DNA from: an uncultured Candidatus Rokubacteria bacterium
Lineage (GTDB): Bacteria; Methylomirabilota; Methylomirabilia; Rokubacteriales; CSP1-6
Direction: 5' to 3'
Assembly (NCBI GenBank): GCA_963762145.1
Contig: CAVXJS010000011.1
Coordinates: forward strand, 800,001 to 864,000
Length of the DNA: 64,000 nt
The notes beneath the pieces were generated by a model, which worked only from the letters and a program-made list of their open reading frames with translations, was not told where the DNA came from and searched no databases. The position numbers were made by a program, and so were the translations under genes. Below are positions 19,718-29,391 of the stretch, piece by piece (within the stretch, counting starts at the first letter, position 1; each line of letters opens with the position of its first letter).

Positions 19718-20602
19718 ATGCGTTCATCGCCCCGGCTCCAGGAGCCGCTCGACCGGCTCTACCGCGAGTTCGACTGGGCCGCCCGCGCCGACCTGGACGC
19801 CATCCGTTTCCCGATGCGCTACCGCGACCCGGCCGACCGCGAGGTCGTCGCGTTGCTCTCCACGTGCATGGCCTACGGCCGCGTGGATCTCTTCGGTCCA
19901 TGGGTGGACTGGGCCCTCGCCCGGATGGGGGAGTCGCCCGCCCGCTTCGTGCTGGGCTTCGATCCGGCGAAGCACACCGCGCGCTTCGAGGCCTTCCGCT
20001 ACCGCTTCAATCGCCCGCGGGATCTCGCCGCCTTCTGCCTGGCGACCCAGCGCGTCCTGATCCGGCACGGCTCCCTCGGCGCCTGTTTCCGCGCCGGTTT
20101 CTCCCCGGAGGATCCACACGTGGGGCCGGCCCTCGAGCGGTTCGTCGGCGCGTTCCTCTCCCAGGACCTCTCGGCGGTGTTCCCCCGCAACCGGCTGTCG
20201 TACGGCTTCCGGCACTGGTTCCCGCGGCCGTCCACCGGCGGGCCCTGCAAGCGCCTGCATCTCTTCCTGCGCTGGATGGTGCGACGCGAGCCGCCGGACT
20301 TCGGTCTCTGGACCGACATTCCTCCCGCCGCGCTGCTGATCCCGGTGGACACCCACATCGAGAACATGGCGCGATCGCTCGGGCTTACGCGCCGGCGCAG
20401 CCGGAACTGGAAGATGGCCGAGGAGATCACTTCCGGTCTGCGCCTGCTCGATCCGGCCGATCCGGTGAAGTACGACTTCTCGCTCTGCCACACCCGCATG
20501 TCGGGGCAGTGCCTCGATCGGCGGGTCCAGGCGGTCTGTGAGCCCTGCGGGCTCCGGCCGGTGTGCCGCCACTGGCGCGGCCGGCGCGGAGGGCGCGCGT
20601 GA
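19718..20602 (+). CDS. TIGR02757 (DUF2400) family protein
   Basis: AYGRV, CKRLHLFLRWMVR, PVDTHI, DPVKYDFSLCH, C-terminal Cys cluster. Confidence 0.9.
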   Translation: MRSSPRLQEPLDRLYREFDWAARADLDAIRFPMRYRDPADREVVALLSTCMAYGRVDLFGPWVDWALARMGESPARFVLGFDPAKHTARFEAFRYRFNRPRDLAAFCLATQRVLIRHGSLGACFRAGFSPEDPHVGPALERFVGAFLSQDLSAVFPRNRLSYGFRHWFPRPSTGGPCKRLHLFLRWMVRREPPDFGLWTDIPPAALLIPVDTHIENMARSLGLTRRRSRNWKMAEEITSGLRLLDPADPVKYDFSLCHTRMSGQCLDRRVQAVCEPCGLRPVCRHWRGRRGGRA

Positions 20603-21703
20603 GCGCGGCGTGGCCGTGGGTCGTCGTCGCGGTCCTGGCGATCCTGGTCGGGATCACCGCGCTGGCCTTGTGGCGGGCGGTGGCGCGGCTCGGGGCGCTG
20701 GAGGCGGCGCGCCAGCAGCCGGACCAAGCCCTGCTGCTCCTGCAGCGCGACATCCAGATCGCACGCACCGAGGCCCACCAGGCCCGGAGCGAGACGCTGG
20801 CCACCGTGAAGGAGGAGCTGCACCAGTTCGCGAGCCGCATGACCGCGGAGATGGGCCAGGTGGGCAGCGGCGTGCAGCAGCAGCTCCAGCACGTGGGCCA
20901 GGTCGTCGGCGCGGTGCAGGGGAGTCTCGGCAAGCTCGGCGAGGTGACCCAGCGCGTCTTCGACGTGGGGCGCGACATCGCCGGCCTCGAGCAGCTGCTC
21001 AAGTCGCCGAAGATCCGCGGCGGGGTCGGGGAGACCCTCCTCGAGAATCTTCTGGCCCAGATGCTGCCGCGGGAGCAGTACATGCTGCAGCACGCGTTCG
21101 CGACCGGGGACCGCGTGGACGCGGCCATCCGGATCGGGGAGCGGCTCGTGCCGGTGGATGCCAAGTTTCCGCTCGAGGGCTTCCGCCGGATCCAGGAGGA
21201 GACGGACGAGGAGCGGCGGCCCGCCCTGCGGCGCGCGTTCCTGCGCGACGTCAAGAACCGGGTCGACGAGATCGCCAAGAAGTACATCCTCGCCGACGAG
21301 GGCACCTTCGACTTCGCCCTGATGTACATCCCGGCCGAGAATGTCTACTACGAGATCATCGTGAAGGAGGACAGCGAGGAGGAGCCCCCGGCGGCCTACG
21401 CCCTGGGACGCCGGGTGGTCCCGGTCTCGCCCAACACCTTCTACGCCTACCTGCGGGTCATCGTGATGGGCCTCCGCGGGCCTCCGGATCGAGCGCGACG
21501 CCCAGGAGATCCAGGCCCGGCTGGGCCGGCTGCGGGGCGACCTGGACAAGTTCCGGGAGTCCTTCGATGTGGTCGGCCGGCACCTGACCAATGCCCGCAA
21601 CAAGTACGACGACGCGGCCTCGGGCCTGGGGCGGCTCGAGGGCAAGCTGGAGGGGATCGAGCGCGACGGCGATCAGGGGGCGCTGCCCGGAATCGGCGCG
21701 TGA
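20599..21703 (+). CDS. rmuC: DNA recombination protein RmuC, frameshift near 21480
   Basis: N-terminal TM, coiled coil, RGGVGE..LE, VDAKFP, FALMYIPAE, VSPNT; C-terminus continues in another frame (FDVVGRHLTNARNKYD) to TGA 21701-21703. Confidence 0.88.
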
Positions 21704-21791
21704 TCGGGCACTTGGGCGAGCCCGTCCCCCCGGACCAGTCGGGAACAATGGCTTGTGGTAGTATCGAAGAAATCCACCATCAGAGGGATCC

Positions 21792-22094
21792 ATGCCTGAT
21801 ATCCAGTTCCAGGTGTACGGCATCAACCTCCTTGTGCGGCTCATGGTCGAGCCGCCGGCGGATGTGCGCGTGCACTGTCCGAAGGGCTCGCCGATCCGTT
21901 ACGGCGAGGTGGTGGGCCGCGGCGACGGCTTCGACGAGGGGGCCAATGCCTTCCGCGACATGCCGCCCATCCGCTCGGTGGTGGCCTTCGAGGAGAACCC
22001 CGAAGAGGTGGAGGGGCACTACTTCTACATCGCCGGGGAAGAGCACCGTGTGATCCGGCTCGACGCGATCATCCTCTCGTTCCCGCTGGAATAG
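21792..22094 (+). CDS. Divergent GroES/Cpn10-like protein
   Basis: 100 aa; manual alignment to GroES: NLLVR~RVIVK, GEVVGRGDG~GEVLAVGNG, VVAFEE~IVIFND, IAGEEHRVIRLDAII~IDNEEVLIMSESDIL; RBS AGAGGGA and extended -10 TGGTAGTAT. Confidence 0.65.
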   Translation: MPDIQFQVYGINLLVRLMVEPPADVRVHCPKGSPIRYGEVVGRGDGFDEGANAFRDMPPIRSVVAFEENPEEVEGHYFYIAGEEHRVIRLDAIILSFPLE

Positions 22095-22109
22095 GCCCCC
22101 GCTCCCGCT

Positions 22110-23342
22110 GTGACCGCGCTGTCAGCCGTCCTCCGCAAGATCGACGCGGACGAGGTCGTGGAGCTGACCCGCTCGCTCGTCCGCATCCCCAGCGTCTATC
22201 GTCCCGGCGACCCCGAGGCGACCGAGGCGCGCGTGGCCGCCTTCGTCGAGACCTGGTTCCGGCGCGAGGGCTTCCAGGTGGAGGTGCAGCAGGTCGCACC
22301 CGGCCGTCCGAACGTCATCGGCTCACTCGGCGAGAAGCGGGCCGGGGGCCGGAGCCTGCTGCTCGAGGGTCACACCGACGTGGTGACCGAAGGCGATCCG
22401 GCCGAGTGGTCGCACCCGCCGTTCGGCGCCGACATGGTGGACGGTCGCATCTACGGTCGCGGCACCGCCGACATGAAGAGCGGGCTGGCCGCGGCCATGG
22501 TCGCGGCCGCCGCGTTCAAGCGGGCCGGAGTCGCGCTGCGGGGCAAGCTGGTGGTCGGCGCCCTCGTGGACGAGGAAGACGGCATGATCGGTGTCCGTCA
22601 CCTCTGCGGCACCGCGGTGGGCCGCGAGCTGGACGCCGCCATCATCTGCGAGCCGGAGGAGAACGAGCTCTGTCTCGAGCAGCGGGGTGTGGTCTGGGCG
22701 CGTTTCCGCGTCCGCGGCAAGATGGCGCACGGGGCCATGCCCCAGGCGGGCGTCAACCCGATCGCGGGCCTCGGGCGGCTGCTGGCCGCGGCGCCCGGGC
22801 TCGAGCGACGCCTCCGGAAGGCCTGCGAGAAGAGTCGGTACCTCAAGCCGCCGACGGTGACGCCGACCATCATCCAGGGGCCGCCCCCCGGCGTGGGGGT
22901 GCCGCAGTCCAATGTCATCCCCGCGCTGGCCGAGACCACGTTCGACATCCGGCTGACCCCGGGCATTGGCGCCGACGGCATCCGAGCGGAGCTCGAGGCG
23001 ATCTGCCGGGACGCCGCCGCGGCCCAGCCCGGGATCAAGGTGGAGTGGGAGCCGGTCAACGCCTTCCGCCTGGCCACCAAGGTGGACCGCTCCGAGGCCC
23101 TGGTGGCGGCGATGGTTCGCGGGGTCAAGCAGGCGACCCGCCGGGCCGCCAAGTACGGCGGGGTGCCGGGCTCGACGGACGGCACGATCCTCCGGATGGA
23201 GCTGGGGATTCCGATCGTGACGTGTGGGCCTGGGGACCGCCTGATTCCCCACCAGGTCGATGAGTTTGTCAGAGCCGAAGAAGTGGTCGAGGCGGCGAAG
23301 ATTTACGCCGCATCGGCTCTGAACTACCTCGAAGCCGAGTGA
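22110..23342 (+). CDS. M20 family metallopeptidase (ArgE/DapE-like)
   Basis: EGHTDVV, GRGTADMKSG, DEE, CEPE, GSTDG, HQVDE. Confidence 0.92.
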   Translation: MTALSAVLRKIDADEVVELTRSLVRIPSVYRPGDPEATEARVAAFVETWFRREGFQVEVQQVAPGRPNVIGSLGEKRAGGRSLLLEGHTDVVTEGDPAEWSHPPFGADMVDGRIYGRGTADMKSGLAAAMVAAAAFKRAGVALRGKLVVGALVDEEDGMIGVRHLCGTAVGRELDAAIICEPEENELCLEQRGVVWARFRVRGKMAHGAMPQAGVNPIAGLGRLLAAAPGLERRLRKACEKSRYLKPPTVTPTIIQGPPPGVGVPQSNVIPALAETTFDIRLTPGIGADGIRAELEAICRDAAAAQPGIKVEWEPVNAFRLATKVDRSEALVAAMVRGVKQATRRAAKYGGVPGSTDGTILRMELGIPIVTCGPGDRLIPHQVDEFVRAEEVVEAAKIYAASALNYLEAE

Positions 23343-24646
23343 CCCGCACCGGCCACCCGAGGCTCCGGGCCCTCGAGGCCTTCCCCGTCGAGCAGCAAGG
23401 ACAGCGCTGCGTGGCGCTGCGGGATCCCGCCGGCTTCACCGATCAGATCGCCGTGCTCCCACCGCCTCTGCTGGACCTGGTCTCGCTCTTCGATGGGGAG
23501 CATTCGATCGAGGAGATCCGGGAGATCCTGCGGCGCCGGCACGGCAAGGCGCCCACGCTCGAGCAGGTCACCGACGTCGTCGAGCGGTTCGACGCGGCCG
23601 GGTTTCTCGACAGCGAGGGGTTCCGGCAGCGTCGGCGGGCGCTCGAGAATGCCTTCCGCCAGAGTCCGGTCCGTCCCGCGGCCCACGCCGGCGGTGCCTA
23701 TGCGGGCGACGCGGCGGGACTTCGGGCGCAGATCGATGGGTTCTTTACCGCGGCGGACGGGCCGGGACGTGGTGGCAACGGTGACTTCATTACTTATCCG
23801 GTCGCCTCGCCTTCGGCTGCGGCTCCCCAAGCCACTCCTGCGGCTCCCCAGGCCACTGCGGCTCCGTGGTCTCGGACTCGGGCTTTGATTGCGCCGCATA
23901 TTGATTTCCATCGGGGGGGCTCGACCTACGCGTGGGCGTACCGGGAGGTCCTCGAGCGCTCCGACGCCGATCTCTACGTCGTGCTGGGTACCTGTCACGC
24001 GGGGATGCCCGATCCGTTCGCGGTGACCCTCAAGCCGTACGAGACGCCGCTCGGCGCCGTTCCGGTGGACCGGGAGTTCTACGAGGCGCTCAACCGGCGG
24101 GCGGGGCAGGACCTGCTGGCCTCCGAGCCGGCCCATCGCACGGAGCACTCGATCGAGTTCCAGGCGGTGATGCTCCAGCACATCGTCGGGCCGCGCCGTT
24201 CCTTCGCCATCCTGCCGGTGCTCGCCTCGTACCTGCACGAATCGCTGTGGAGCGGCGGCGATCCCGAGGCGGATGCTCGGATCCCGCGCTTCCTGGACGC
24301 GCTGCGGGAGACGATGGCGGCGTCCTCGCGCCGGGTGTGCCTGGTCGCGGGGGTGGACCTGGCCCACGTGGGGCCCCGGTTCGGCGATGGCGAGCCCAAC
24401 AGCGCGGCGTCCCTGGCACGGGTCGAGCGGGACGACCGCGCCATGCTGGAATCGGTGGTGGGAGTGGATCCGCGAGGCTTCTACGGCGGGATCGCCGCCG
24501 ACCACGACGCCCGCCGCATCTGCGGCCTCTCGCCGATCTACACCCTGCTGCGGCTCCTGCCGGAAGCCCCGGGCCGCCTGGTGCGGTATACGCAGTGGCC
24601 GGATCCGCAGGGCGCGGTGACCTTCTGCGCGGTGGCCTATCCATGA
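23339..24646 (+). CDS. AmmeMemoRadiSam system protein B (Memo family), long form with an in-frame repeat insertion
   Basis: RPAAHAGGAY, LIAPHIDFHRG, EHSIEFQ, GVDLAHVG, ICGLSPIY. Confidence 0.88.
   Translation: MTRTGHPRLRALEAFPVEQQGQRCVALRDPAGFTDQIAVLPPPLLDLVSLFDGEHSIEEIREILRRRHGKAPTLEQVTDVVERFDAAGFLDSEGFRQRRRALENAFRQSPVRPAAHAGGAYAGDAAGLRAQIDGFFTAADGPGRGGNGDFITYPVASPSAAAPQATPAAPQATAAPWSRTRALIAPHIDFHRGGSTYAWAYREVLERSDADLYVVLGTCHAGMPDPFAVTLKPYETPLGAVPVDREFYEALNRRAGQDLLASEPAHRTEHSIEFQAVMLQHIVGPRRSFAILPVLASYLHESLWSGGDPEADARIPRFLDALRETMAASSRRVCLVAGVDLAHVGPRFGDGEPNSAASLARVERDDRAMLESVVGVDPRGFYGGIAADHDARRICGLSPIYTLLRLLPEAPGRLVRYTQWPDPQGAVTFCAVAYP
23804..23865. repeat. In-frame hairpin element plus 21-nt tandem repeat within the Memo gene
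   Basis: GCCTCGCCTTCGGCTGCGGC shares a 16-nt core (reverse complement) with 30446-30461 and 30482-30497; CTGCGGCTCCCCARGCCACT x2 (23817-23836, 23838-23857) plus a partial copy. Confidence 0.75.
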
Positions 24647-25137
24647 GCCCGAGCCCCACGCCCGATCCCTCGACCTGGACCCTGCCGAAGCTGCGCATCG
24701 ACCGCGACGGCGTCTGGTTCCACGACGACGCCGAGGTCACGCACCCCGGCATCGTCGCCAACCTGCGCGACAACCTCCGCGTGGACGAGCGCGGCCACTA
24801 TCTGCAGATCGGTCCGGCGCGGGTCCCGGTGGAGGTGGAGGACGCGCCGTACGTCGTCGAGCGCGTCGAGGCGCAGGGCGAGGGTCTCACCGCCACGCTG
24901 AACGACCTGACGCGGGAGCCGGTGGCCCTCGACACCCTCCGCGTGGACGAGCGGGGCATCCCGCGCTGCCGCGTCAAGGAGGGCCGGTTCGACGCGCGCC
25001 TGAGCCGGGCCGCGACCTATCAGCTCCTCCAGCAGGTGCAGCCCGACGAGGGGACCGGCCGGTCCAGCCTCGTCCTCGGCGGGCGGCGCTACCCGGTGCC
25101 GGGCCTCTCGGCGGAGGGCTCCGGCCCCGGCGGGTAG
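24643..25137 (+). CDS. DUF1285-like protein
   Basis: LRIDRDGVWFHDDAEVTH...VEVEDAPYVV...TLND...ARLSRAATYQL; ATGA overlap with the Memo stop. Confidence 0.7.
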   Translation: MSPSPTPDPSTWTLPKLRIDRDGVWFHDDAEVTHPGIVANLRDNLRVDERGHYLQIGPARVPVEVEDAPYVVERVEAQGEGLTATLNDLTREPVALDTLRVDERGIPRCRVKEGRFDARLSRAATYQLLQQVQPDEGTGRSSLVLGGRRYPVPGLSAEGSGPGG

Positions 25138-25682
25138 GCGGAGAGCCCGCGCAGCCCGGCCTCGTCGCCCGCCGCGATGAGCCGGTGCAGGGGACCGTTC
25201 TCCCGCCAGGCCTGGCAGGTGTTGACGAACCACGGCGCGCCCTCGGCGGGCCGCTCGTAGTCCGCGAAGGCGACGCCCGCCCCCTGGCGCACCGCCGGGG
25301 CGACCGCGTGGATCAGGGCGGTGAAGTGGGCGCAGCCGCGCTGCCGGCCGAAGCGCTCGTTGATCTCCCGCGTGAAGCCCCGGGAGATTGACAGGCCGAC
25401 GAGCTGCTGGAGTGGCGGCAGCGCGTCCGGACAGATCGTGTAGGGATGCGAGGCCATCTCGCTGCGCGCCTCGGTGATCACCAGGTCGGGATGGCGCACC
25501 CGCAGGCCCAGACGCATGTCGTGGATCACCCTCGGCGGCTCGGCACCGAACCAGAGCGGGTTGTCGTGAGGTCGCTCGTCCACCAGCGTCGCGGTGATCT
25601 CGAGCTCGTGCGCGCCCGCCCGCGCGATCTCGACGCGGATGGTCCTGACGTGCACCGGCGGGGTCTTCGTCTCCTCGGTCAT
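25089..25682 (-). CDS. DUF2889 family protein
   Basis: HVRTI, IHDM, PYTICP, GCAHF, NTCQAW. Confidence 0.85.
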   Translation of the reverse strand: MTEETKTPPVHVRTIRVEIARAGAHELEITATLVDERPHDNPLWFGAEPPRVIHDMRLGLRVRHPDLVITEARSEMASHPYTICPDALPPLQQLVGLSISRGFTREINERFGRQRGCAHFTALIHAVAPAVRQGAGVAFADYERPAEGAPWFVNTCQAWRENGPLHRLIAAGDEAGLRGLSAYPPGPEPSAERPGTG

Positions 25683-26470
25683 GGCGCGGCCGCGACCTCC
25701 TTGAGGGCTTCGAGCAAGTCGGAATGGATCGGGCCGTTCGAGGCCGCGATGGTGGGCGCCGCCAGGTCGAGCGGGCCCCCGTGCACCGCGGTCACGGTGC
25801 CGCCCGCCTCGCGGATCAGCAGCGCGCCCGCGGCGATGTCCCAGGCGCCCAGGCGCTGCTCCCAGTAGCCGTCGAGCCGCCCGGCCGCGACCGCGGCGAG
25901 CCCGAGCGCGGCGGAGCCCAGCGAGCGCACGCTACGGCAGCGCCGGATGAGGGCGGCGTGCTCGGCGAGATTGTTGCGCGGAGCGGCCAGGAGATCGTTC
26001 GGGTAGCTCGTGCCGAGCAGGCTCAGGCCGAGCGCGGGGGTCGCGGAGACGCGCAGGGGCGCGCCGTTCAGGGTGGCCCCGCGCCCGCGCTCGGCCACGA
26101 AGCATTCGTCCCGGCTGGGATCGTAGAGAACGCCGACGGCCAGCTCGCCGTCCAGCTCGAGCGCGATCGACACGCAGTAGATCGGCAGCCCGTGGGCGTA
26201 GTTGGTGGTGCCGTCGAGCGGGTCCACGATCCAGCGACACGGCTCGGTCCCACCGCGCGCGCCGCTCTCCTCGGCGAGGACGGCGTGCCCCGGAAACCGG
26301 GCCCGGATGGCGTCGAGGATGATCGCCTCGGCGCCCTGGTCCATCTCGGTGACGAGATTGGTGGGGCTGCCCTTGTAGCTGATGTCGTGCCGAGCGCCGA
26401 AGCCGGATCGGAGGAACGCGCCGGCCTGGAGAGCCGCCTCCACGGCGACGTCGCGGAAGGAATCGCTCAC
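25679..26470 (-). CDS. suhB: Inositol monophosphatase family protein
   Basis: WIVDPLDGTTNY, GSAAL, WDIAAGALL; GTG start at 26470. Confidence 0.9.
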   Translation of the reverse strand: MSDSFRDVAVEAALQAGAFLRSGFGARHDISYKGSPTNLVTEMDQGAEAIILDAIRARFPGHAVLAEESGARGGTEPCRWIVDPLDGTTNYAHGLPIYCVSIALELDGELAVGVLYDPSRDECFVAERGRGATLNGAPLRVSATPALGLSLLGTSYPNDLLAAPRNNLAEHAALIRRCRSVRSLGSAALGLAAVAAGRLDGYWEQRLGAWDIAAGALLIREAGGTVTAVHGGPLDLAAPTIAASNGPIHSDLLEALKEVAAAP

Positions 26471-26532
26471 GGGGATCCAGGATACCACGGCGCTGCTTGA
26501 CAACCCGGCGGCCCTCTCGCAGCATGGCGCGC

Positions 26533-27465
26533 ATGCGCATCGTGGTGATGGGGTCGGGCGGGACCGGCGGATTCTTCGGCGCCAAGCTGGCGCGAGCGGG
26601 TGAGGACGTGACCTTCGTGGCGCGTGGCGCGCACCTGGCCGCGCTCCGCGCGGACGGCGTGCGGGTCAGGTCCGCGATCGAAGGCGAGTGGACGGTGCGG
26701 GCGCCCGCGGTGGAGCGTCTGGACGGGCTGCCGCCCGCCGACGTGGTGCTCTTCTGCGTGAAGTCCTTCGATACGGAGGAAGCCGCCGCGCTGATCCGTC
26801 CGGTCGTCGGCCCCGACACCGGCGTGCTCTCGATCCAGAACGGGGTGGACAACGAGGAGAAGCTCGGACGCGTCCTCGGCGCCGGCCACGTGCTGGGCGG
26901 CGCGGTCCGGGTGTTCGCCACCATCGAGGCGCCGGGTGTCATCCGGCACGTCTTCGGCGGACATCTCGCCTTCGGCGAGATGGACGGCCGCGAGACCGAG
27001 CGCGCCCGGGCCCTGCTGGCCGCGTGCCAGAAGGCGTCCATTCCGGTGGAGCTCGTCGGTGATGTGACCCGCACCCTCTGGGACAAGTACGTGTTCCTGA
27101 CCACCCACGCCGGGATGACCGCGCTGACCCGCTGCTCGGCGGGGGTGCTGCGGGCGATTCCGGAGGTGCGAGAGGTCTACCGTCGGATCGCGACCGAGAT
27201 CATCGCGGTCGGAAGAGCCGCCGGGGTGAAGCTCGACGACTCGATGCTGGAGCAGGGGTTCAAGTTCCTCGACACGGTGGCGCCGGACGCGTTCTCGTCG
27301 CTCCACCACGACCTGACGCACGGCAAGCGGCTCGAGCTGGATGCCCTCCACGGCCACGTGGTGCGGCTGGCCGAGCGCCACCGCGTGCCCGCGCCCACCG
27401 TCTTCGCGATCTACGCGGCGCTGCTCCCGTATCGGGACGGCGCTCCCGCCACTCCCGCGCGCTAG
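26533..27465 (+). CDS. panE: 2-dehydropantoate 2-reductase
   Basis: MRIVVMGSGGTGG, VKSFD, SIQNG, WDKY, SSLHHD...LELD. Confidence 0.9.
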   Translation: MRIVVMGSGGTGGFFGAKLARAGEDVTFVARGAHLAALRADGVRVRSAIEGEWTVRAPAVERLDGLPPADVVLFCVKSFDTEEAAALIRPVVGPDTGVLSIQNGVDNEEKLGRVLGAGHVLGGAVRVFATIEAPGVIRHVFGGHLAFGEMDGRETERARALLAACQKASIPVELVGDVTRTLWDKYVFLTTHAGMTALTRCSAGVLRAIPEVREVYRRIATEIIAVGRAAGVKLDDSMLEQGFKFLDTVAPDAFSSLHHDLTHGKRLELDALHGHVVRLAERHRVPAPTVFAIYAALLPYRDGAPATPAR

Positions 27466-27526
27466 CGCGGGCGGTCGTGCCTTCGCCCGGACTGGCGTCG
27501 GCGCGCGCCTGGTCTATACTGACTCG

Positions 27527-29386
27527 GTGTCGTCGCTCAGACGTCTCCTGCCGTATCTGGCTCGCTACCGGCTCCGCTATCTCGGGGGCGTCGCCTGCCT
27601 CCTGCTCGCCACCGCGTTCTCGCTGAGTATCCCCTGGACGGTGAAGAGCGCGGTGGACGCCCTCGAGCGGGACGGCGCCGCCGCCCGGATCGCGCCCTTC
27701 GTGCTCCTGATCCTGGCCCTGGCCGCGGCGCACGGCGCGGCGCGCCTCGGGTCGCGCTTCGCCATGCTGGGCGCCGGGCAGTGGGTGGAGCACGACATCC
27801 GCGCGGACCTCTATGCGCGGCTCCTCGCCCTGCCGGCCGCGTTCTATCACCGGCACCGGACCGGCGATCTCATGTCGCGCGTGTCCAACGACATCTCCAC
27901 CCTGCGGGCGCTGGCCGGGTTCGGCACCGTGATGCTCATCGGCACCACGCTCGCCTTCGGGGGCGCGCTGACCGCGATGTGGCTCATCGACCCGTGGCTC
28001 ACCCTGTTCGCGACGGCGCCGTTCCCCGCGCTCGTGATCATCGCGCGGCGCTTTCACCACGACACGGAGGTGCGCTCCACCGCGGTGCAGGAGCAGCTCG
28101 GCGCGCTCTCCGCCAAGGTCCAGGAGAATCTGAGCGGCATGCCGGTGGTGCGCGCGTACACCATGGAGGCCCGCGAGATGGCCGAGTTCGAGCGGCTCAA
28201 CGCGGAGTACCTCGCCCGCAACATGGCCCTGGCACGGATCCAGTCCGTGTCATGGCCGCTGATGGGGCTCGTCTCGGGCCTCGGCGTGCTGATCGTGATA
28301 TGGCTCGGCGGCAAGGCGGTGGTGGACGGCCGCATCTCGCTCGGGGACTTCGTGGCCTTCAACGGCTACCTCACCCAGCTCGCCTGGCCCACCATCGCGC
28401 TGGGCTGGACGCTGGCCAATATCCAGCGCGGCCTGGCCGCCATGGCGCGCGTGACCGAGGTGCTCGACGAGCGGGGCCACGACGGCGTGGCGGCGCGCCC
28501 GCATGATGGGTTGGACGACGGGCTGTCTGCGGAGGGTCCGGAACGGTCATCAGCCGACTGGGGGAGTGCGGGGGCCATTTCTGGGCCCCCGCATATGAAG
28601 AAGAGCGCGCCAGAACAAGCTCCCAGCCTCCTGCCCGGCGGATCGGTCGAGTTCAGGGGCTTGACCTTCGCCTACGACGGCGACCGGGGTCCCGTGCTGC
28701 GCGACGTGTCGTTCGGGGTGGCCGCGGGGGCGGTGGTGGCGGTCGTGGGGCCGACGGGCAGCGGCAAGTCGACGCTGGGCGCGCTGCTGTGCCGCCTCTA
28801 CGAGCCGCCGCGCGGGACGGTGTGGGTCGGGGGCCAGGACGTGCTCGACCTGCCGCTCGGCCGGCTCCGGCGGTCGGTGGGTTACGTGCCGCAGGAGTCC
28901 TTCCTCTTCTCCCGCCCGCTCCGCGACAACGTGCGGCTGGCCGACGAGAGCGCGGGCCCGGAGCGACTGGAGGCCGTGGCCCGGACCGCGGGACTGACGG
29001 ACGATCTGGGGGCGCTGCCCCGCGGCTGGGACACGGTCGTCGGCGAGCGCGGGCTCACGCTCTCGGGCGGCCAGCGGCAGCGCGTGGCGCTGGCGCGTGC
29101 GCTGGTGGCGGATCCGCCGTTCCTCGTCCTGGACGACGTGCTGGCCTCGGTGGACGCGGCCAAGGAATGGGAGATCACCCGTGCGCTGCGGGGAGCCGCC
29201 AGCGGCCGGACCACCTTGCTGATGACCCATCGTCTGAAGGCGGCCGCCGAGGCGGACGCCATCGTGGTGCTCGAGGAGGGCCGCGTGGTCGAGCAGGGTC
29301 GCCACGCCGACCTCCTGGCCGCCGGCGGCCTCTACGCCCGCCTCTGGCGAGTTCAGCAGCTGGAGGACGAGCTCGCCAGTGCGTGA
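27527..29386 (+). CDS. ABC exporter TMD-NBD, degenerate-Walker-B subunit of a heterodimer
   Basis: GPTGSGKS, LSGGQRQR, Walker B VLDD (lacks Glu); GTG 27527; extended TMD-NBD linker. Confidence 0.92.
   Translation: MSSLRRLLPYLARYRLRYLGGVACLLLATAFSLSIPWTVKSAVDALERDGAAARIAPFVLLILALAAAHGAARLGSRFAMLGAGQWVEHDIRADLYARLLALPAAFYHRHRTGDLMSRVSNDISTLRALAGFGTVMLIGTTLAFGGALTAMWLIDPWLTLFATAPFPALVIIARRFHHDTEVRSTAVQEQLGALSAKVQENLSGMPVVRAYTMEAREMAEFERLNAEYLARNMALARIQSVSWPLMGLVSGLGVLIVIWLGGKAVVDGRISLGDFVAFNGYLTQLAWPTIALGWTLANIQRGLAAMARVTEVLDERGHDGVAARPHDGLDDGLSAEGPERSSADWGSAGAISGPPHMKKSAPEQAPSLLPGGSVEFRGLTFAYDGDRGPVLRDVSFGVAAGAVVAVVGPTGSGKSTLGALLCRLYEPPRGTVWVGGQDVLDLPLGRLRRSVGYVPQESFLFSRPLRDNVRLADESAGPERLEAVARTAGLTDDLGALPRGWDTVVGERGLTLSGGQRQRVALARALVADPPFLVLDDVLASVDAAKEWEITRALRGAASGRTTLLMTHRLKAAAEADAIVVLEEGRVVEQGRHADLLAAGGLYARLWRVQQLEDELASA
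28559..28597 (+). repeat. Palindromic element in-frame in the ABC linker
   Basis: TGGGGGAGTGCGGGGGCCATTTCTGGGCCCCCGCATATG; 10-bp stem, 7-nt loop; identical inverted copy at 34034-34072. Confidence 0.9.
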
Positions 29387-29391
29387 ATTCC

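Noticed and set aside
26962-26982. Perfect palindrome CATCTCGCC-TTC-GGCGAGATG in panE, resembling the GCC-TTC-GGC element
   Set aside because: It encodes the family-typical FGE motif with no insertion and lacks the TGC bulge of the element; probably coincidental.
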